Shown: positions 1 through 13,586 of the stretch, piece after piece
Numbering within the stretch: position 1 is the stretch's first letter
How the letters are laid out: the number at the start of each line of letters is the position of its first letter
Origin: Squalus acanthias
Taxonomy: Eukaryota
Assembly: GCA_030390025.1 (NCBI GenBank)
Contig: CM059436.1
Coordinates: 39,370,001-39,434,000, forward strand
Direction of reading: 5' to 3'
Length of the DNA stretch: 64,000 nt
Notes under the pieces: generated by a model
What the model saw: only the letters and a program-made list of their open reading frames with translations
Database searches by the model: none
Told to the model about the DNA's origin: nothing
Translations under genes and position numbers: made by a program

Positions 1-3000
1 CCCAATTGTGAAAGTGATAGTAGTAAATCTAGATGGTAGGTGTCTGCTTTTGAATCATCAGTGACACACAGGACAACAGGACACACTCCTATGAGGGTGC
101 AGGCATATGGAGCAACTTCATTAGTAACCAATATTGTTGAAAGCTTTTTTATTTGCATTTCTTCATGTGGTTGCAGAACTGAAGAGAAAAGAAAGTCTTT
201 GAACAGTTATTTCCTGCACACGGTTCTTTCTCTTAAATGATTTGGAAAAACTCAGTAGGAAGGTTAGATTTACTTCAGCTGGGCCCCTCTCTACTCCCTG
301 CTGTGATTCTGAAATCATGACCAATGTTCTTTAATATCAAAAGGTTAGATTCCATTTTCATCAAGTTCGGGAAAAGAAAAATAAGCTGAGAGATTACTGC
401 TGTACGAAAGGCAAATAACGCGATAAATGAATGCACAGGAAAAGTGAAATTATACTGTTTTCTTCATATGCAGTAAATACTTGGCTGACTCTCCACCACC
501 TTTTTAAAAAGAAAGTAAAATGAAGTTGCATTTATAGAAATTGTGATGCTTCTAGTTTATGTAATTGAACATGACTACACTCTACAAACTGGCAGGTATA
601 ATAGATAAAGACTTGTGAACTTTATTGTAAGTGATGGGTAACACGTCGACCATTTGATATCTTTCGATCAACTGAAGGATGTTGCATAATTGAGATACAG
701 CAAAAATGGAGTAGGAGGGACACTTAGTGAGAAAGGAAAAGAGATAAATGTATCCGGATTCATCAAATTCTATAAACAATGGCATTTTACAACAGTCACT
801 TAATCTAATCGGGCTGGTTTACATTTGTTTTTGTGAGGAGGTGGAATAGAAATGTTGTAAGCTATGTTTCTATTTGATATTCTTTATAGTCTGCTCCATT
901 AAAGTTTGTGCTGCAGTATCACAAGCTTTTTATACAGTAACACATTAGTATGGATAATACTTGTTTGTGTCACTGGGCTGTTTGACTGTGTTTAATCAGA
1001 AGTGAAATTAACACCACAGCCATGATACCAGTTAGGAGTCCAACATTACAAAATGTTTTAAGAATTGATCTTCTCTGGCATGCTGCAGAACTTGACAGCA
1101 AATATACGGACTGCTGTAGAGGACTAATCTTACAGAGTATTAGGGCAAAATATCTGCATAAAAGAACTTAAAGACTCTTTGTACTATTTTTAATGAAATT
1201 TGAAAAGAAATAAAATTAAACTAGAAATCTGAAAATGGATTGAAGAAAGATGATGATTATTGCCACATAATTGCATCCATTCCCGATGCACAGAATATAC
1301 ATCATAGATCTCCAACTGGCACACACCAAGATTGGAGAATTCTTGTCTTATCCTTTTTGCAAGATTCCTTCAGTCTGCACTTGACCCTTTTTAATTTATC
1401 CCTTTCAGACAATGTGTTCAGCTCCATTAGAGCAAATGTAGTTTGCTTTATTGTTGTATTTCAATAGCCACTGTCTTGCCAGGAGAGTAAAGGACTGCAG
1501 TATGCTATTAAGAGGATTGCGTGACATTATGTCAAACTCTGATGAGTAGTTGCAGTGTGAAGCTCCTAGTTTTTCTCTTACTTCTTCTTGCTGTAATATC
1601 TGTAGTTTGCCAATTTTAACTCTCTGAATTCCAACAGATCCCTTGCTCCCTTGTTTATTAATAGAATATTCTATTTTCTGCCCTTCATTGTAGTAATTCA
1701 CAATCTATGTGGAGGTAATTTTTAAAATTTATATACACAATTTAAAAAGCAAATAAGTAAATTTCTAGAACAGCACATATTCCTTTTTGTTCCCCATTCT
1801 CACCGTCTGACACTCATATCGTCTACACTCAGGATTTTAATCCTTACCTATAGAAATCTCAGATACAGCTGTAAAATGCTGTTGTTTCCAAAGTAAAAAG
1901 CGTTCTCTCCTCACCACTACGCCTTAATGCAATGATGATATGTTTGCTCCAGCAGTTGACAAGCCATTGTATCATTTAGATTCCATAATGACACCTTGTC
2001 ATACTGAAATGGCCATGTTTTCTCAAATCATACGTTACAGTGTTGATTCCTGACATACTGTATCATCTAGATGTGCTTTTTTTCCCTGTTCCAAGTTGAA
2101 TGCAGTTTGGTGACATTTTCCTATTGACTGATCCATATTTTGGCACCTTGTGTGGAGAGTACAATTAGTTCAGGCAGAAAAGTGAATTACAGTGTGTTCT
2201 TCAAAGCAGAAACGTTAACATTGTAACTGGATTCTTTCACTGGAGCACAAACGAATTACAGTGATTACTTTCAGAACTGCTAATCTAAATTCAGAGAAGG
2301 TTGCTCCTTCAGTTTGTAGAATCTTTTCAGAGCAAGAAAAAAATTGCATCTGAATGAGATGGAAAAGGAAACTGATTCATAAGAATGTCTTCAAATGACA
2401 TTCAGTTTGGATAAACTAACTTTATAGTTGTAAGTTGCCACAAGTCCAAAATGTGGTTTATTCTCAGATGAAAAGCAATGCTTTTCAAAGTCTATTGTAA
2501 ACATCACTATTCTGAAAATATTTTGCGCAAGGACTAAATTTTTAATATATATTTTTTAAAATATGGCAAGTATTGTGTTGAAGCTAATTACTATCCTGTA
2601 TCCAGGAAAGATCAGTTAAGAAACCACATGATTCTAAAAAAGGTGCATTATTGTACAAGCAAGAAATTCCTGCATGCTAAATGGTGCTCACTGGTCTGTA
2701 TATGTGTGGGAGGATCAAAAATGGAGTCAGCCATGTCAGTTTGCTATCATTTTCACAAAAGAAATTATATTGAACAATTTGAAAATACAGTCCAAATATG
2801 ATGGCTGCCCCATTATTTGTTAGGCATTGTTTGCACGCAGGAATTATTGATTTGCAAGCCTAAAAATATTCAAGCAATTTTAACAACATTTAATAGAATG
2901 GTTATCTAGTTTAATAGGGCCATCCAGTTTAACAAGTACAGTGGCCATATTTTGGTGACCACATTGACTTGTCTTTATATGGATTTGATATAAGGAAAAA

Positions 3001-3227
3001 AGGGAGAACTTTTTCTTCCATTTGTCTGCCTCATAATGGATGACTTGCTGCCTTGGATGGTGTCATAGTCGGCATCATAGGGTTCTGTGTGACCATAAGA
3101 GACACTGAAGTGCAATGAGCTGAGTGATGCCATTTTCTCTTCTTCATAGCCCAACAAAGAAGTAACAAAACTCACTCAGCTGAAGCAGGAGTATTCAAGT
3201 CCAAGCACTGACCATCACTCCAGCTAA

Positions 3228-3248
3228 TGACCTGCAGGTCAAAGGGCA
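3228..3248. promoter_or_regulatory. Candidate composite nuclear-receptor response element (everted repeat ER2 overlapping a DR1)
   Basis: TGACCT-GC-AGGTCA-A-AGGGCA: three hexamer half-sites, two of them perfect. Function is untested. Confidence 0.4.
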
Positions 3249-3627
3249 AATGCTGTATTGCTTGAGCCCGTAGACGGTCCTCCAAAAATAAAGTCCATCA
3301 ATAAACTGCTACAGTCACAAAATGTTGTTCTTATTGCTCCAAAATTGATAAGGAAAACAGAGTGCTGCTAAGGCCACTGAAGAGTCAATTTCAAGTCTCT
3401 TACAGAACCTGCAATACAGTATATATGTTAAAAACTTCAGAATTTTCTTATTGAGATTAATCAAACTTTCAAGTTATAAAATGGGAAATCTGGAAAGTTT
3501 CAGGTGACAGTGGGAATAATGGACAGATAACTGTGTTACATCTACTCATCAATGGAGTATAAGTGTAACTGGCAAGGGAATTAAGGATTTTATCTGGAGA
3601 TGTATTTAACTTAGTTGGAGACATAAT

Positions 3628-5088
3628 GGGCTGGATTTTACCTACTGAGACGAGTTGGGGGCGGGACTGCTGCCTTCCGGGTTCTAGTCCCGCCCCCAGT
3701 GACATCCGACGCACAGACACTATTTTCCCCTGATTGGCCTTGTTAAGCCCGTCCTGCGGGCTTGCCGGCCGATTAAGGGAAAGCCAGTGTCAGATGATGG
3801 CAGTTGATGACACTTCATCTGCCGGTTTTCTTAAAGGGACATTTATTTTTGATAGATGATCTGTCAGTGTTTGACAGCATTGAGGTGCTGTCAAACACTG
3901 ACAATCACTGTACAAAGGTGAGCCCTTGAACCCAGGCTCTCCAATGACTCTCTCCTTAGGATAAAACAGATGGCAGTTGCAGGTGATATTACAGAAGCAA
4001 TCTGTCACTTCTCCCAATGAGTTGAGGCCACACAAACACTTCAAAGATTGTCACCTACAGAAAAATCTAAACACATTACAAATGACTTTCCCAACATCTC
4101 CTTACCTCTGATACTCACCAGCGTCCCATTGGATCCTTCACACCACTTCTGCAGCTGTCATCTATACACAAACATTACAACAGACCCACAGCACGCCTCA
4201 CTTACCCTGGCAGGGTTCCCCGATGTCGGGAAGCCCACAGCAGAAGTCTCAAAATGGGAAAAAGCCTCTTAACTGCCTGTTAACTACCTGTTAACAGGCA
4301 ATTAAGTGGCTATAATCCTCTTCCCGCCACTAGGAGTCGGGTCCCTGCGCAAATCGGGGACCCGATTCCCGGGAAGATTGTTTGGAGGCGGGTTGGGAAT
4401 GGGTTCGGGACCCGCTTCCATTCTTTTTGATTTTGCCAGCAGTCATAGAAACATAGAAGATAGGAGCAGGACTAGGCCATTCAGCCCCTCGAGCCTGCTC
4501 CGCCATTCAATGAGATCATGGCTGATCATCCAAATTCAGTACCCTGTCCCTGCCTTCTCTCCATATCCCTTGATCCCTTTAGTTTTAAGAAATATATCTA
4601 ACTCCTTCTTGAATATATTTAATGAATTGGCCTCTACTGCCTTCTGTGGTAGAGAATTCCACAGGTTCACCACTCTCTGGGTGAAGAAATTCCTCCTCAT
4701 CTCAGTCCTAAATGGCTTACCCCTTATCCTTAGACTGTGACCCCTGGTTCTGGACTCCCCGGCCATCGGGAACATCCTTCCTGCATCTAGTCTGTCTAGT
4801 CCTGTTAGAATTTTATAAGTTTCAATGAGATCCCCTCTCATTCTTCTAAACTCCAGTGAGTATAAGCCCAATCGACCCAATCTCTCCTCATACGCCATTC
4901 CTGCCATCCCGGGTATCAGCCTGGTGAATCTTCGCTGCACTCCCTCCATGGCAAGAACATCCTTCCTCAGATAAGGCAACCAAAACTGCACACAATACTC
5001 AAGATGTGGTCTCACCAAGGCCCTGTACAACTGCAGCAAGACATCCTTGTTCCAAAGCCGCCTTCTCAGGGCTGGTAAAATCCAGCCC
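3628..5088. mobile_element. Non-autonomous PIF/Harbinger-type DNA transposon containing a nested CR1 fragment
   Basis: Perfect 15-bp TIRs GGGCTGGATTTTACC (3628-3642) and GGTAAAATCCAGCCC (5074-5088). 3-bp TSD AAT at 3625-3627 and 5089-5091. Confidence 0.85.
4443..5053 (-). mobile_element. 5'-truncated CR1 LINE (ORF2 C-terminus and 3' UTR)
   Basis: ORF 4536..5090 contains [17 protein letters not shown]...RRMRGDLIETYKIL...RTRGHSLR...FFTQRVVNLWNSLP, typical of the CR1 ORF2 end, followed by a TTCTATG-type tail. Confidence 0.93.
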
Positions 5089-6702
5089 AATAGGTCTACT
5101 ACCTGGAGGTAGATACATTCTCATAGCAAGTGTAAGTAAGTGGGGAAACCCAGCAACTGAAGGAAATAACTGGTAACACGAATACTTACACCTTGCTATT
5201 TCTTAACCAAATGCAGTTAACTAATAGTAAGGTGGAAGTAAGGCTGGAAACATACTAATCCTTTTTGATTGGTAAGTTTCCTGCCTTATATCTTGCAATT
5301 AGCTAATTGCATTTGGTCATTCATTTAACTCTAGGATTGCAACGTTTTTTTTTAAAATTTGTCTTCAACAGGTTATCAGTTGTCTTTCCCTATCTAATAG
5401 TGTGTTATACATTTCTCTTTGTTAGTATAGAAAGGGGTTAAAATGTCAAGCAGGTAACTGCTCTTTCTGCCCAGCTCTGTTTGGTATCAGAGGGACATTC
5501 TTTACCAGGCTGCACGAGTCAAGGACCTTGCCTGCAACAAATTTTCCTTGCAGCCAGTGCTGTTAATGAGAGCAGTAATTAATTGATATCTCTCCCATCC
5601 CTTGACTACCACTCGGGGCAAAGAGTGGGGATTAAATTTTTCCCAAGTCAACATTAGAGAGAGCTGAATGTGCATTGACTTACAACAGCTCTGTGAATTC
5701 CTCTAATTTAGAGTACTTACTCTTCCACTTATTACATTGTAATTACTGCTCTCCAATACATTATGTTCACAGACTTCAGTTGGAAATTATTAGTGCACTC
5801 TCCCTCTCTCCCCTTGAAATTCCATGGCACTATTAATGTGGGACTGGAACATGCACAACTATCTATAAATTCAGTTGTCAGGTGCTAGTTTTTATTCTGG
5901 TCTGCAGTTGAATTTAAAATTAGAGGCACTAAAATTCACATTAGCAGCAAGAGCAATGGAATTCTAAAAACTATATTTAACAAAGAAAACCTTTTCTGTC
6001 AGAAAAAAGCTATTTGGGAGGTTATGATCTTATCCTTTTGTGGGTGAAGAATTGACTTCATTCCATTTTGTGCTGTCAATGCAAAATTTGATGTCACTCT
6101 GCACTGAAGGCAGAGATTTGGTTGTGTTTTTCAAATGAGGGTTAATTTGTGTCAATTGAAAAATTATTAAATCAATCTTTGGGGATTTTTGCCATTGTAC
6201 TTTTTTTTGTTACAAGTTTTCTATTAGCATTTTGAGACAACTCGCATTTAAATCTCAAAGTGTTAACTGCAGTAATTGCTTCAAATCTTGCTGTGCCTAT
6301 TTTGCCCAACATATCTGTATTTTAAAAATCTTGTCAGTCTTTTTAGCAATAAGCTAGAAAAGATTATATTCAGATAATACTTTTTTTTTTAACGGTTGCG
6401 CAATGACAGTTAGAATTTGTTCCCGAGGAAGAATTTGAAAATGAGAAAAATGATCTTAGGGAGGGAAACAGTTTTGATGATGATTTCCTTCCTTTCCCCC
6501 CCCCATCCCCTCCTTCCCCCCTCCCCCGCCTTTAAGTTTTGTTTACCACCTGTCTCCAGCTTTGATAAACCTCTGTCATGCCCTTATGCTGATTATGTTC
6601 GTGTAGAACAACTTGTATTGACTAACGAATGAATGATGCCTGGTCCCTTGCCTATCAGAAAGGCCCTAAAGAATGTTGTTTTTAATTCAATGCTTTTCAC
6701 AG

Positions 6703-7115
6703 GCTTCTCTGCAGAATGTCAGCCAAGGATCGACACATTGATTCGAGCTGCTCATCATACATTAAGACAGAGCCGTCCAGCCCTGCCTCGCTGACAGATA
6801 GTATCAATCACCACAGTCCAGGTGGCTCGTCGGACGCCAGTGGGAGCTACAGCTCCACTATGAATGGACACCAGAATGGCCTGGACTCTCCCCCGCTCTA
6901 CACCACAACTAGCCTGGGCAGCAACGGCAGCTCCCGTAAACGGTACGACGACTGTTCGAGCACTATAGCCGAAGACTCGCAGACCAAGTGCGAGTACATG
7001 TTGAACTCCATGCCCAAAAGATTGTGTTTGGTCTGCGGTGACATAGCATCAGGATATCATTATGGTGTTGCTTCCTGTGAGGCCTGCAAAGCATTCTTCA
7101 AGCGCACTATACAAG
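6703..7115 (+). CDS. ESRRG: ESRRG coding exon: N-terminal AF-1 region and first zinc finger
   Basis: Acceptor ttttcacAG at 6701-6702 and donor GTAAT at 7116. Translates (E)[66 protein letters not shown]...[43 protein letters not shown], recognisably ERR-gamma (P-box CEACKA). The short-isoform ATG is at 6716. Confidence 0.97.
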
Positions 7116-9579
7116 GTAATGCCTCTTTCCTATTCTACAAAATACTCTTCCAACTTTTTTTGTAATAAAGGCAAAAGATACTCTATCAGGACACACATTT
7201 GACAAAGGCCCTATTGTGTACTCTTAGTTTCGACACTAATGGAGCAACTTTGCTTTATTCAGCTTCTAATGAGTTAACTGATGACCCTAAATTAGCTGTG
7301 GTTATCACTTGACAAAATAAACAGATCAGCTAGTAAGTTGTCCGAAGAACAAGCACTTTAAAAAAAAAAATCAAACTCCTTTTAAAAGACTTTCCACAGG
7401 TGATGTAAAGAGGCTAGCAACTGTACGCAGCAAACAATCTCAAACTGAACATTTCCTCAGGAATGCAGGAGATGTTCAGTCCTCTATTACTCCTTATAGG
7501 CATTTCCACTACTTTTAGCAGGAACCAGCTGATTGTTTTCAATTGGATTCATGCAGAATGAAAAATAACTTAAATATTCTAAAAGTAGCTTTATCCAGTC
7601 ACTACCTCCTGTATTTCTGGAAAAAAAATGGAGATGTTTTTGAAGATAAATATTGACTGGACTTGTTCTTCATTGGCATTGTTCTTTTACTACTGTTTGT
7701 ACATAAAGTAGTTATTTACGGTATAACTAAAATTTGGCCAACTTTTTGTAGTTCAAAAAAAACCACACATTATTCTCCTTTTGTCTAAATGCTCAGGTTT
7801 CCACTAACTCAAGTATATACACTAATTTCAGGTGAATAAAGATCTAAATTACAATGTAAATAACCTTTTTTGGTGGATCGTGGGAATTTTTAAAGATGAA
7901 AATGAGCAGTTAATGGTGTGTACAGTAATTAATGACTAGTTAATGATGCATACAGTAATTAATGAAGGTGATGTGAGATTGAAACTTGAAAATAATTTTT
8001 GAAAAAATACTTTTAAAACAGCTTTTTCTCACAAATAAATGTCATTATTAACAATGATTACCTTATCCATTTACGTGTTCATTTGTGTAACTTCTGTACA
8101 AAGCAGTCATATAAATTATGATGAGATAGAATGATCAAAAGAAAAAAAAATCAGAAAGATCAAACAGGACCTAGGCTTTGAATAGTTTATGTATAGCTTG
8201 CGTTATCTATAGAATATCAGTTCATTAGGAATCGAGTCATAATTCTTGTGACTTTTTTGGCGTGAAGTATGATTCCTTATCTGAAATCATGGTTACATTT
8301 AAGATGACAGGAATTTTCCATTCTTGCACAACATTCAGAGCTTCACTGAGTACTTGCAGTGCATGTGGTGGCATAATACACAACACAGAGCCATTGCAAC
8401 CAAGCTCCTACTCTCCAGTAAGACCTGAATCCATTAGATTACTGATTTTGTGGTAGCGCATCACCATTTAATTTCTAAGAGCATCTACAGATAATTAGAT
8501 TATAATGGATTCAGTATTTGGTCACTGATTTTGTTTGTTGCTCAGCAGTCCTGTCTCATATGGCATCAATGGCTGCTGTGGTTAATGGTACTGGCCTGTT
8601 AGATGCACAATCATTGCCCCATATGCTACATTATGCAGACCAATCGCTGTTTCCATTTATGTGGCTGTGAAGACACTTTTACAGCAAGTTACAGATTGCA
8701 TCTAGCCATAAATGTTTCCATAAATGGACCCCAGTAGGTTTTCCTAATTTTTAATATCTCCAATTAAGCAAATATAGAAAAGAGAGAGATCATTTTATTC
8801 TAAAAGAAAAAATAAAACTTCTGGACCATATGTCCGGGTTTCTGCTAGCAAAGTTAATGGTCCTCTCTGTTCTAATAAATATTAATACATTTTTACGAAT
8901 GTTATTCTTTCTTTGTATATGTAAACATTGTTAGGAATTTCAAGCATTATTTTTTGTTCCTGAAGTAGAGATTGTACAATTTGTGTCTTCTGAATACAAG
9001 TTGAATTGTAACCTTTTCAGTTAAGCAGTTGTGCGAAAGGGATGTATGTGTGAATAGATTTCTTTCCCAGATCGGTTGTTTTACACAAGGTTTTGCATTG
9101 AGTGAGGAGTTTTCAGTATTTAGTCTCTTAGTGTTCCACTAATCTGTTATTTAATGAGGAAGCATCGGCTCAGAGAAGGGTAGTCAATATAAATCAGTGT
9201 TTACAAAGTGTGATTAACTCTGAAATATTTCATCAGAGCTGCTGTCCCAGGTGGATGCGGTGCTAATTACAGGGAGTTGCATATGTTTCTAGGGGAATGT
9301 GATGGACCCTGAGTGCTGCTAACATGAAGTATCAAGGTTACAATTACACTCACTGCCAACCTGCCTTGTCTGCACTAGCAATTTATGCACTCTGTGCGAT
9401 GACCCTCCTCTCCAGAGGACAATAAACAAAATGCATTTTCATTAAGACACTAATGTATTTAACCACAGAGGACCAGAGAAGGTTGGGGAGGAGGGTAGGG
9501 AGGAGAGCAAAGAGAGGGAGGAAGAGTTGGGACTGATTTAAGAAATCAGCAGATATCCAGCTCTGTGTTCTTAAAGTAG

Positions 9580-9777
<198 letters not shown>

Positions 9778-12700
9778 TAATCTCCAAATGTTTCATTAAG
9801 CCTTTCCTTCTGCAGGCAATGCATTTCGTATTCCTAGAAAGGTAAGGAAAACCTTAACTAAAATGTTTGTTTTTTACAGTACAATGCAAGGTACAGTATG
9901 AATAAATTCAGTCATATGTCATTGTGATCTATATTGTTTTTAGTAATTTTTATGGAACTGAAATGACAGAAGCACACAAAATATTAATGCCAATAAATAT
10001 ATTGTATGTATTGTCAAATCTGCATAGCTAAGTTAAATAAAACATACAAGTCAATTTTATATTTATTGTATTTTGGTATTTACGTAGCTGACTTTAGAAG
10101 TCCTAACAAACTTATTTCATAACATTCAATGTATTTAAATTGACTTATTTGAGAGCGACATTTTCTGACCTATTGATGCAAGCAATGTATTGTACATAAA
10201 ATTCAAAAATATAAATAATTATGGTCGTAGTCTACAGTGGGTTCAGTGATTTTGTCAAACTCTAGCTGACCATTTCAACAGCAGAACTTTATGAAAGCCA
10301 AGTATTTGACTTTTTCTTCATGTTTGTTTAAGTAATGAAACAAAATCAATAAAGAAGCTCCTAATCAAACACTCTTCTTCCAACTACAAGGTGGAGAGTT
10401 CAATTTCCAAAGTTCTATTTCAACTTGCTTGTCAATTCCTAGCAGAGTTAACCAGATGGAAGATTACATGAAAACGAGACATTCAATCTTGAGCTTGTGG
10501 GGGTGGGAAGTTTTTTTGTGGTGGGAAGGAAGGGAACTGATTCAGTCTGGGTTCGCCCACCTGAATCACACCTCTTTACCAACCATTCACAAAGCTGTGT
10601 TTGTCACAGCCATGTAGAAGTGTAACTACCCCACCTTTCTAAGTATCTGAGAATGCATGGTCTTGAACAGCCAACAAGCAACAGAAAATAGAAAGTGATG
10701 GGGGAAGAAAAACGTTCAATAAAAAACACAATATTAAAATGAATAGTGTGTGGAAATTGGAAGGCCAATGCTTCTAATGTTTATACAGGACTGGTAAAGC
10801 TGACTCCTCCAAGAGGAGCACTCACTCTACTTTGTAATTAAATGTTAATAGTAATGGCTCTTGAAAGAGAGAGAATCCCCTTTATCACCTTCTACTAGAC
10901 TGCATTTTAAAACCACCACAAATCAAATCCACATGACCTACCTTTTCAAATGTGGCCATCTTTCACAGAATAAATAAATAAGAAATTGAGCTAATCCACT
11001 TCAGGTACCACATTGAACAGAAGAGATGGGTCATTTTACAACATAATTCAATTTATTAATGTATCCTGAAATGTTTAATGTCAAGAATTTGCAAAACAAA
11101 AATGTTGCGACATGCTGACACAGCTAAAGGAACACTGTCATTGTAATGTCATTGTTATACGGATTTCTTCACCAATGTTCTCTCCGTACTGCCACCAAAA
11201 GTGCACTTTAATGCAGCTGGTGCAAGTCCAATCTCAAAACTGTCAACATCTGTAAGGCTAATTCCAAAACAGGGCCCTGTGAATTTTGCTTTACAGCAAC
11301 CGTAGTTTAACTGCATTCACCACCAAGCCAAGTTTAATATACAATTTACAACAATTTTCTGTTGATTTATATTTGCTTCTTTTCAACAAGTAGAAAATAT
11401 GATGTTAAATGCAGGAGACTGGTAACTTGCATTCATCAAAACTTTGAAACTCCTCCACCACCCCCCCCGCACCCCTCTCCACTTCTTTTTCTTCTTACCC
11501 ATCCCTGAATAAAAAAGTAATCAGGCAGTATAATTGGGTGCTTTTCACTTGCACCATACACATATGGTGCCAGTACTGTACCAGCAAGTGCAGAATAATC
11601 CCAGTGGCATTGTCTTCAGAACTGTTACTGCTCTAATGCAATATGTTCAATACACAATGTAGAATATCCTTTTTTTTTTGCAAAAATAAAACTTTTCTGT
11701 AGTGGAATCAGCAGCTTCTGTTCTCACAAATGCAGTATAGTAACACCTTTGGTATCTATTGTTTCTTCACATCTGCGAAGATGTACATCTGCAGTTACAG
11801 CAGCATCCCATTATGCAGGCCTGTTTTAAATGTTTTAACATTTGCTTATGTGCAAGAGTTTAGATGACAGCTCAGTAATTGATAAGGGAAGTTGGAGACA
11901 GGCCTGACGGATGTTGTGCTGGTTTTGATATGGCATCTTTCCCCATGAGCCTTCAGACAAATAGCAGCCTTTTGTTCTACCCCCAGCCACCCATATACAC
12001 ATATATCAATATGGCACTCCCATTTGTTGTGATGTGGCTGAATTTGATATCGGGGTCCTTCCTTACACTTGAATTACTGCTTCAAATAGGCAATTAGAGT
12101 GTCTACAATGGAAACCTTGAAAACTCTGTAGCCTAATGAAGCACAAATTTGAATGCAGAACATGAAGGTATTCGAAGTTGGTGTTGCCCTCTGGGAAGAT
12201 GAGTGCCGTTTGGGAGCAATCATACTGCTAGGTTACTCCTCCTATATTTTTATCTTTTTCCCCATATGAACTGCTTTTAGATTTAGGTTTTGTTCTGCTG
12301 CAACATGGAAGAGAATCTGCATTATTTTGTCATGTTGATGCCAGCACGTGTTTTCGCAGTGGCTGCTCGTTCATTTGCCAGTGTTTGAATCTGTTGTTTG
12401 ATTGAAGAACTGTTGTGTTCCTTTTTAATATTTATCTACAGTTCCTTCCTCGCCCCATCTGCTAGTGGAGAGTAGTTGTGGATCAGCTCGTCTGCAGGTA
12501 CAGGTTTCACAAGAGGTAACTACAGCCTGGCTGCCAAAGCAAGCCCACTGAGAGCAGCTGTCTAGTCTCCCCCTCTTGCACTTTACCCTCCGTGGGCCCT
12601 CCGAATCTTCCTGGCTGGAGGCATAAATCATCGTCTTGTCACTAGCTCTTGGTTTTTGTATTATGCAATGCCTAAATTCATATGGAGCTGCTGGAACATG

Positions 12701-12976
12701 AAGATAGATAATGACTAACATAAAAAGGTTTCTGCTTTTGCATTTTAACAATATTACTTTTTGTTTTGCAGTAAAACCTCCAGTAAGGTACAGTATTAGA
12801 ATTACTGAAGCTAATTTAGGCAATATATGTTCATTTACTAATTAGTAATTATCACCTATTAATACACTATTGTGATTCCAGACCACATTACTCAATGACT
12901 GTTACTATAACTCTGCCCGTATAGTTGTTTGTTACAAGTTGGTATTTTGAGAGAATTGATGCACTTTGGACATTTT

Positions 12977-13586
12977 AGTGGCGAATTTCACCCTACCCAC
13001 CTGGCGAGCAGGCAGTTAAAATTGGCTGGTGACTTACCCGCCGATGTCCTGCACCGTTCCCGCTGTCCTATTTTAACCTGCTCTTCTGATCAGGTGGCAA
13101 GGACGCTCGCCTGAAGCTGGTGAGACCTTCTATTAATATGCAGATCGGACTCCGATGATGTCATCGGGCGCTGATTGCAATTTTAACTTTGGCTTGAGTG
13201 GGGAAGCTGTTGTGGCTTTCCCACTAGGTGAAGACAGCGGGAAGAGTATCCGGAGCCCAAATAGGTACCTTTTTTACTTTCCGTGCAGGTCCAGGAGAAG
13301 CAGGAGCAGTTAAGGCCTTTCCTGCCCTGGGATTCCCCGCTTCCTTCCCGCAGAACCCTCCCGAATCCTCCTCACCACAACTTACCTTGTTGCCGGCGAC
13401 CTTTCCTTTGTTGCCAGCTGGCAAGCTCCTGACGCCCAAATTTCCGCTCCCACCCATTTAGGACGGGCATGTAGATGAGGCCCAGGAGAGAAAATCACCA
13501 GGCCTTACGCTGCCAAGGTCAGTGGGGTTTGGCACTCACCTCGCACTCCACCCATCCGATTCTCGCTCCTGGCTAAAATCGAGGCT
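12977..13586. mobile_element. Degenerate non-autonomous Harbinger-type element (MITE-like)
   Basis: GC/CpG-rich island in an AT-rich intron with weak TIR-like ends (AGTGGCGAATTT / AAAATCGAGGCT). Internal CCAGGAGAAGCAGGAG motif resembles the element at 43036-43591. Confidence 0.6.

Noticed and set aside
7116-7165. C-terminal extension of ORF 6716..7165 ([15 protein letters not shown])
   Set aside because: Read-through past the GT donor at 7116; this is intronic sequence.
13513-13521. CCAAGGTCA ERR/SF-1-type site as an autoregulatory element
   Set aside because: A single 9-mer inside a transposon remnant; plausible by chance in 64 kb.
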